DNA of 11,851 bases from Promethearchaeota archaeon (GTDB taxonomy: Archaea; Asgardarchaeota; Lokiarchaeia; Sigyniarchaeales; SOKP01): assembly GCA_013375475.1 (NCBI GenBank), contig JABXKD010000096.1, forward strand, positions 1-11,851. Reading direction: 5' to 3'. Both the position numbers and the translations under genes were made by a program. The notes under the pieces were generated by a model. It was not told where the DNA came from, made no database searches, and saw only the letters and a list, made by a program, of their open reading frames with translations. Of the stretch, positions 7,210 to 11,851 are shown piece by piece. The first letter of the stretch is position 1. Each line of letters starts with the position of its first letter.

Positions 7210-7374
7210 GTCGTTATACGTCTAAACCACTCGCGCAATTTGTGTTGTCATAAATGCTAACTATAATTATTAAAAAGGTATTAATATAATTTAAGAGATT
7301 CTATAGTCTCTGTTACTTTAAATCATATCTGAAAAAGATTCCTCTTAAAAGATATTATAATCTGATATTTTCTG

Positions 7375-9720
7375 GTGATTTTCATATCGAAACATGAACA
7401 ATTTATATCACACCCTTTACTTAAAGAGAACTTGGTTTTGAGAAGGGCATATCAAGAAAATATATTTATAAATTGCCTTAATACCAATTGTCTAGTAGTT
7501 ATCCCTACTGGATTAGGAAAAACTATTATAGCTCTAATGTTAGCTATACATAGATTATCAGAAACGCCTAACTCTAAAATTGTTTTCTTAGCTCCAACAA
7601 AACCCCTTGTAAATCAACACTATAAATCTTTTTTAGATTTAACGGTTATTCCTGAGGAAAACTTGAAAGCAATTACTGGAACTACATCACCGGAAAAAAG
7701 GAGAGATATATGGAAAGGCTTAAAAATTGCTTTTATGACTCCTCAAGTGCTTCAAAATGATATTATTTCCAATCTTTATTCGTTAGAACATGTCTCTTTA
7801 ATCATTTTTGATGAATGTCATCGGAGTGTAGGAGATTATGCTTATTGTTTTATTGCAAAGAAGTATGTTGAAACGGCTAAGAACCATCAAATTTTAGGGC
7901 TTACCGCAAGTCCAGGATCTACGGAAGGGAAGATTAACGAAATAAAAAATAATTTATTTGTCGATCGTGTCGAAATTAGAACAGACCAGGATTCAGACGT
8001 AAAACCTTACATCTATAAAGTTGATAACGAATGGATAAAGGTTAAGCTTCCAAGTGAATTTATGGATATTAAAAAAATAATAATAGAAAAATTAAGAACA
8101 ACGTACAAATGGTTAAAACAACAGGAATTGTTAAATTCGTCAGATGTAACTAAAGTTTCTAGAAAAGATTTGCTTGCGTTAGATAAATTAATTAACGGGA
8201 AGATTTCAAACTCAAGAGATGAAGAGGAGAAGATACTACTATTTAGTGCAAAAAAATTTGTAGCGAATGCGATAAGACTATCCCATATGGATGAGCTTAT
8301 TGAAACTCAAGGAGTAAGTGCTTTAGATGATTACATGAAAAAAAATGTTAAAAAAATAAAACAAAACACCGCAAATAAATCACTAATAGAACTTTTTAGA
8401 GATTCTGGTATAAAACGAGTTCTTGAATTAATTGAAACTAATAAAGAAAATGGTATTGTTCATCCTAAATTAGAAAAACTTTCAGAGATTTTACATAATC
8501 AGATCCTCCAAAATAGAGACTCGAGAATATTAGTATTTTGTCATTTTAGAGATTCCGTCAACAATATAATTAGATATATTAAAAGAGACGAAGTTATAAA
8601 GGCACATAAATTCGTAGGACAAGTCACCAAATCTTTAGATAAAGGTCTAACTCAAAAAGAACAAATTCAACTACTTGAAGACTTCAAGGAAGGAATTTAT
8701 AACACATTAATTGCCACAAGTGTAGGAGAAGAAGGTTTAGATATAGCGGAATGTGATTTAGTAATATTTTACGATACTGTCCCAAGTGCTGTGCGTTCTA
8801 TTCAGCGTCGTGGAAGAACAGGGAGAAAAAAAGAAGGAAAGGTTTTAATATTAATGGCTGAAGGTACTCGCGATGAAAGTTATTATTGGGCTGAAAAGGG
8901 TAAGGAACGGGTTATGAATCAAAGTTTAAAAACCATGAAAGATAATGATTCTAGTTCTAAAGCAGGACAGAAAAGCCTTTTAAATTTTTTAAAAGAAGAA
9001 GAAGACAGGCAAGAGCCTAGTAAAATCGAAATTTCTTCAGATTTATCGAGTATCCAGAAAATTGAAGGTGCACAGGATTACAAAATTGTCTGTGATAATA
9101 GAGAGACTGCCTCTGCTGTTGTTAGAGCGTTGTCTTTAATGGGAGTTAGTATAGAATTAAAACAATTGCCTGTTGCTGACTATATTCTATCAGGAAGAGT
9201 AGGCATTGAGAGAAAGTCAGCTAAAGATTTTAACGATTCAGTAAAAGATGGGAGATTATTTAACGAATTATTTGAGTTAAAAAACAATTTTGTAAGGCCC
9301 ATATTAATATTAGAAGGAGACCCGTTCTTAAATTCAAATATTAATCAAAACGCACTTTACGGTGCGATCACATCACTAATTTTGAACTTGGGAATTACAG
9401 TATATAAAACGAAAGATCCAGCGGACTCTGCAATGTTTATTTATCAACTTGCGAAAAAGGAACAATCAGACTCTAAAATGGAGTTAAAGTTGAGGTTTGA
9501 CAAAAAACCGATTGAGATTTCCAGTTTGTTAGAATATATTGTTGCAGGTATTCCAGGTATAAATGCTCTTAGAGCAAAAAATTTACTTAGTGAATTAAAA
9601 TCGCTCCAAGAGATTTTTAACGCAGATATTGGGGATTTAATGAAAGTTGAGAATGTTGGAAAGAAAATCGCTCAAGAAATATATAAGTTAAGTAGATTTA
9701 AATACCAAAATGACTCCTAA
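7375..9720 (+). CDS. hef: Hef helicase-nuclease (SF2 DExH FANCM/Mph1-like helicase + ERCC4/XPF nuclease + HhH2)
   Basis: Motif I PTGLGKT, Ia LAPTKPLVNQH, II DECH, III LTASP, V ATSVGEEGLDI, VI QRRGRTGR. ERCC4 domain VCDNRE...ADY...IERKS..DF..S..DGRLF. Tandem HhH GIPGI and VENVGKKIA. The exact start (GTG 7375) is uncertain. Confidence 0.95.
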   Translation: MIFISKHEQFISHPLLKENLVLRRAYQENIFINCLNTNCLVVIPTGLGKTIIALMLAIHRLSETPNSKIVFLAPTKPLVNQHYKSFLDLTVIPEENLKAITGTTSPEKRRDIWKGLKIAFMTPQVLQNDIISNLYSLEHVSLIIFDECHRSVGDYAYCFIAKKYVETAKNHQILGLTASPGSTEGKINEIKNNLFVDRVEIRTDQDSDVKPYIYKVDNEWIKVKLPSEFMDIKKIIIEKLRTTYKWLKQQELLNSSDVTKVSRKDLLALDKLINGKISNSRDEEEKILLFSAKKFVANAIRLSHMDELIETQGVSALDDYMKKNVKKIKQNTANKSLIELFRDSGIKRVLELIETNKENGIVHPKLEKLSEILHNQILQNRDSRILVFCHFRDSVNNIIRYIKRDEVIKAHKFVGQVTKSLDKGLTQKEQIQLLEDFKEGIYNTLIATSVGEEGLDIAECDLVIFYDTVPSAVRSIQRRGRTGRKKEGKVLILMAEGTRDESYYWAEKGKERVMNQSLKTMKDNDSSSKAGQKSLLNFLKEEEDRQEPSKIEISSDLSSIQKIEGAQDYKIVCDNRETASAVVRALSLMGVSIELKQLPVADYILSGRVGIERKSAKDFNDSVKDGRLFNELFELKNNFVRPILILEGDPFLNSNINQNALYGAITSLILNLGITVYKTKDPADSAMFIYQLAKKEQSDSKMELKLRFDKKPIEISSLLEYIVAGIPGINALRAKNLLSELKSLQEIFNADIGDLMKVENVGKKIAQEIYKLSRFKYQNDS

Positions 9721-9739
9721 ATTATTGTATTGATGATGT

Positions 9740-11047
9740 TTATACTAAGTGGTTAATATTTTTAACACCTTCACGAATTCTTTTTATGATCTCTTTGATT
9801 TCCTCCTCTTTCACTATTAAAGGTGGCATCATAATGAGCGTATCTTTTTTATTTCCACAGTAATTTTGAAGAACGCCTTCCTTTATTATAGAAAGCATAG
9901 CAAATTGTCCGAGTGTTTCGTTATTAAACTCCACACCCCACATAAGTCCTCTTCCTCTCACTTCTTTTATTAGTTCGGGATGTCCGTTTGCTATATCTTC
10001 TAATCCCTCACCAAATAGTTTACCCATTTCTTTTACATGAGATAAAAACATTAGATCAGATTGAATATCTAACATCTTACAAGCAACTACACATCCTAAT
10101 TCAGAACCACCCGTGGTAGAAATATGAATGAATGGATCATCTTTAAAAATTTCCTTTTCTATAAACGGTTTATAACTGCAAGTAGAAAGTGGATAAATTC
10201 CCGCACTCATTCCCTTACCTAAAACCATAAAATCAGGGATTACCTTCTCTTGCTCATATAACCCCCCATTTATTGCCCAAAAATGACCCGTGCGCCCAAG
10301 TCCGGTTTGAACTTCGTCAATTATCATCATAACACCATGATCATCACATAATTCTCGAACTTCTGAAAAGTAGCCTTCTTGAGCAATTAATACTCCCCCC
10401 GTTGCAGGTATTGCTTCTAGAATGACGCAGGCAACATCGTCAGAAATAGTATTTTTCAATGTGTCTCCATCGCCAAAGGGAACTTGCTTAAAATCCGGGA
10501 AATTCCAAAGGAATTTTTCTTTAAAGTTAACATCTCCAGTTGCTAACGCAAAACCAGTATGGCCATGATAACCTCCTACTGCAGAGATACATTTTCTCCG
10601 TTTAGTATATGCCCTTGAGAATTTAATAGCCGTATCAACTGCCTCACCACCACTAACTCCAAATGTAGTTTTAGTAATTCCTGGTGGCATTAACTGCGCT
10701 AATTTTGCTCCTAATATAGCTCTCCATTCTGATAATTGAAGGTGATCACCTATGTCCAATCCACTATTTAAAGCATCTTTCAATGTTTGTACAATTTTTT
10801 GGTTACCATGGCCTAAATTATAAACACCTCCACAGGTATGGCAATCATAAAGTTCCATTGGTGGATCAGTAGGTTTTGCTCCTTCTAGTGTGTTAATCTT
10901 GACACCCGCTCTCTCACCAAGAATAACTCCAAGACCTACTCCTTTAAAAAAACGGACTTTTGGGGAATTTACATGCTTTGCGTATAACTTTAGCAGTTCT
11001 TTCTGCGGCAAAGTTCCAAAAAACTTATTATCTGAATCATTTTTCAT
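9740..11047 (-). CDS. Class III PLP-dependent aminotransferase (putrescine/acetylornithine aminotransferase-like)
   Basis: NLGHGN, SGGEAVDTAIK, GGYHGHT, IIDEVQTGLGRTG, PLP lysine in LGKGMSAG, STTGG, EVRGRGLMWGVEF. Substrate not assignable. Confidence 0.93.
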   Translation of the reverse strand: MKNDSDNKFFGTLPQKELLKLYAKHVNSPKVRFFKGVGLGVILGERAGVKINTLEGAKPTDPPMELYDCHTCGGVYNLGHGNQKIVQTLKDALNSGLDIGDHLQLSEWRAILGAKLAQLMPPGITKTTFGVSGGEAVDTAIKFSRAYTKRRKCISAVGGYHGHTGFALATGDVNFKEKFLWNFPDFKQVPFGDGDTLKNTISDDVACVILEAIPATGGVLIAQEGYFSEVRELCDDHGVMMIIDEVQTGLGRTGHFWAINGGLYEQEKVIPDFMVLGKGMSAGIYPLSTCSYKPFIEKEIFKDDPFIHISTTGGSELGCVVACKMLDIQSDLMFLSHVKEMGKLFGEGLEDIANGHPELIKEVRGRGLMWGVEFNNETLGQFAMLSIIKEGVLQNYCGNKKDTLIMMPPLIVKEEEIKEIIKRIREGVKNINHLV

Positions 11048-11246
11048 GATTTTACAGAATTTTTTTTTCCATTAAAATATTTATAATATTTATTCTATGA
11101 CTAAAAGAATTCTCTTTCTGTACAATTTGATGAGGCTAGCCTAAAAACATTTAGTTAATAATAATAAGAACATTTTTATGATTAAAGATTAATATTTTAT
11201 TTTAGGAGTAATATAATTAGAATGTCATTAAAAAAACTTGATGTGA

Positions 11247-11851
11247 TTTATTATTATCAAATTTAAAGTTATTGTAGCAGGTGCTAAAAATGTAGGGAAG
11301 ACATCTCTTATCAGACGGTATGCAACAGGAAAATTTGATAGATCAACATTATCAACGATAGGTGTCGATTTCGAAACAAAAAAAGTAGTAGTTGATGGTA
11401 ATGAAATTCTCCTCAATATCTGGGATTTTGCTGGTGAAAAGAAATTCCGTCTTCTATTGCCCTCTTATGTTTCTGGTGCATCTGGTGCTTTAATTCTTTA
11501 TGACATTACAAATAAAGATTCTTTAGAGGATCTTCATGATTGGGTGAATGTAATTACCTCTGTTCCCAATTATCCAAAAACTAGATTATTAATTGAAGCA
11601 AAGATTGATTTAGAAAGTCAAAGAGAAGTAAAACAAAAAGACGCAAAAGAGTTATTAGATAAATATAAATTTCAAGGAAATATTTATGGAGTATCTTCAA
11701 AAACTGGAGAAAATGTTGAAGAAGCGTTTTTGTATGTTGTGAAAAAGATAGTTAAGAGAAATTTGCAGATATGTAGAATATGTGGGGAAGTTTTTAATAA
11801 AAAATTGAAGAATTGTCAGTATTGTGGCGCAAAAGTTGAAGATGAGATAAG
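11247..11851 (+). CDS. Rab-like small GTPase with C-terminal zinc ribbon (3'-truncated by window; start unresolved)
   Basis: Hand translation of the frame open from 11247: FIIIKFKVIVAGAKNVGKTSLIRRY (G1), STIGVDF (G2/RabF1-like), IWDFAGE (G3), LILYDIT, EAKID (G4), VSSKTGENVEEAF (G5), then CRICG-x9-CQYCG. No stop codon before the window end. Confidence 0.92.

Larger units (their letters stand above)
7069..7236 (-). tRNA. tRNA-Val(CAC) with three introns
   Basis: Exons 7236-7210, 7175-7160, 7127-7114 and 7083-7069 join to GCGCGAG TG GTTT AGACGTA TAAC G ACACG CT-CAC-AC CGTGT AGGTC GGGGG TTCAATT CCCCC CTTGCGC A (72 nt). Acceptor stem 7 bp (one G-U), anticodon stem 5/5 Watson-Crick, T stem 5/5, discriminator A73, A35/C36 valine identity. 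CCA is not encoded. Confidence 0.88.

Noticed and set aside
7186-7211. Decoy anticodon arm ACACT-TTCAC...AGTGT with a canonical 37/38 intron
   Set aside because: It would give a pyrimidine at position 37, lacks a BHB motif at that site, and leaves over 50 nt unexplained.
7294-7311. Weak hairpin AGAGATT-N4-AGTCTCT between the tRNA and hef
   Set aside because: Short, AT-rich and imperfect; expected by chance.
10890-11075. 61-aa plus-strand ORF
   Set aside because: Antisense to the 5' end of the aminotransferase gene.
11241-11246. ATG-TGA in the GTPase frame read as selenocysteine
   Set aside because: Codon 2 of a small GTPase is not a redox-active Cys position, and no SECIS can be assessed because the 3' end is outside the window.
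11228-11416. 62-aa minus-strand ORF
   Set aside because: Antisense shadow of the GTPase, whose G1-G5 motifs are on the plus strand.
1-11851. CRISPR array, IS element, integrase or att duplication at the tRNA
   Set aside because: I saw no regularly spaced repeats, no transposase or integrase motifs, and no second copy of the tRNA 3' end.

Overview
AT-rich archaeal chromosomal window, most likely from an Asgard archaeon of the Lokiarchaeia type, inferred from a highly eukaryote-like actin (Lokiactin-type) and a Rab-like small GTPase. Gene order: 3' part of an AsrB/HydG/FlxA-type FAD/NAD(P)-binding [2Fe-2S] subunit (+); FrhB/FpoF-family F420-binding protein (+); MFS transporter (-); 324-aa unknown protein (-); actin (-); GNAT acetyltransferase (-); winged-helix protein (+); rpoK/Rpo6 (-); tRNA-Val(CAC) (-); Hef (FANCM-like helicase-nuclease) (+); class III aminotransferase (-); Rab-like GTPase with a C-terminal zinc ribbon (+, runs off the window). 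The ORF track shows neither the tRNA nor the GTPase. The most striking element is the tRNA-Val at 7069-7236. It can be rebuilt by hand as a 72-nt cloverleaf split into four exons by three introns, all at non-canonical positions (28/29, 44/45, 58/59) and each with a relaxed bulge-helix-bulge motif. No mobile element or CRISPR array was seen.
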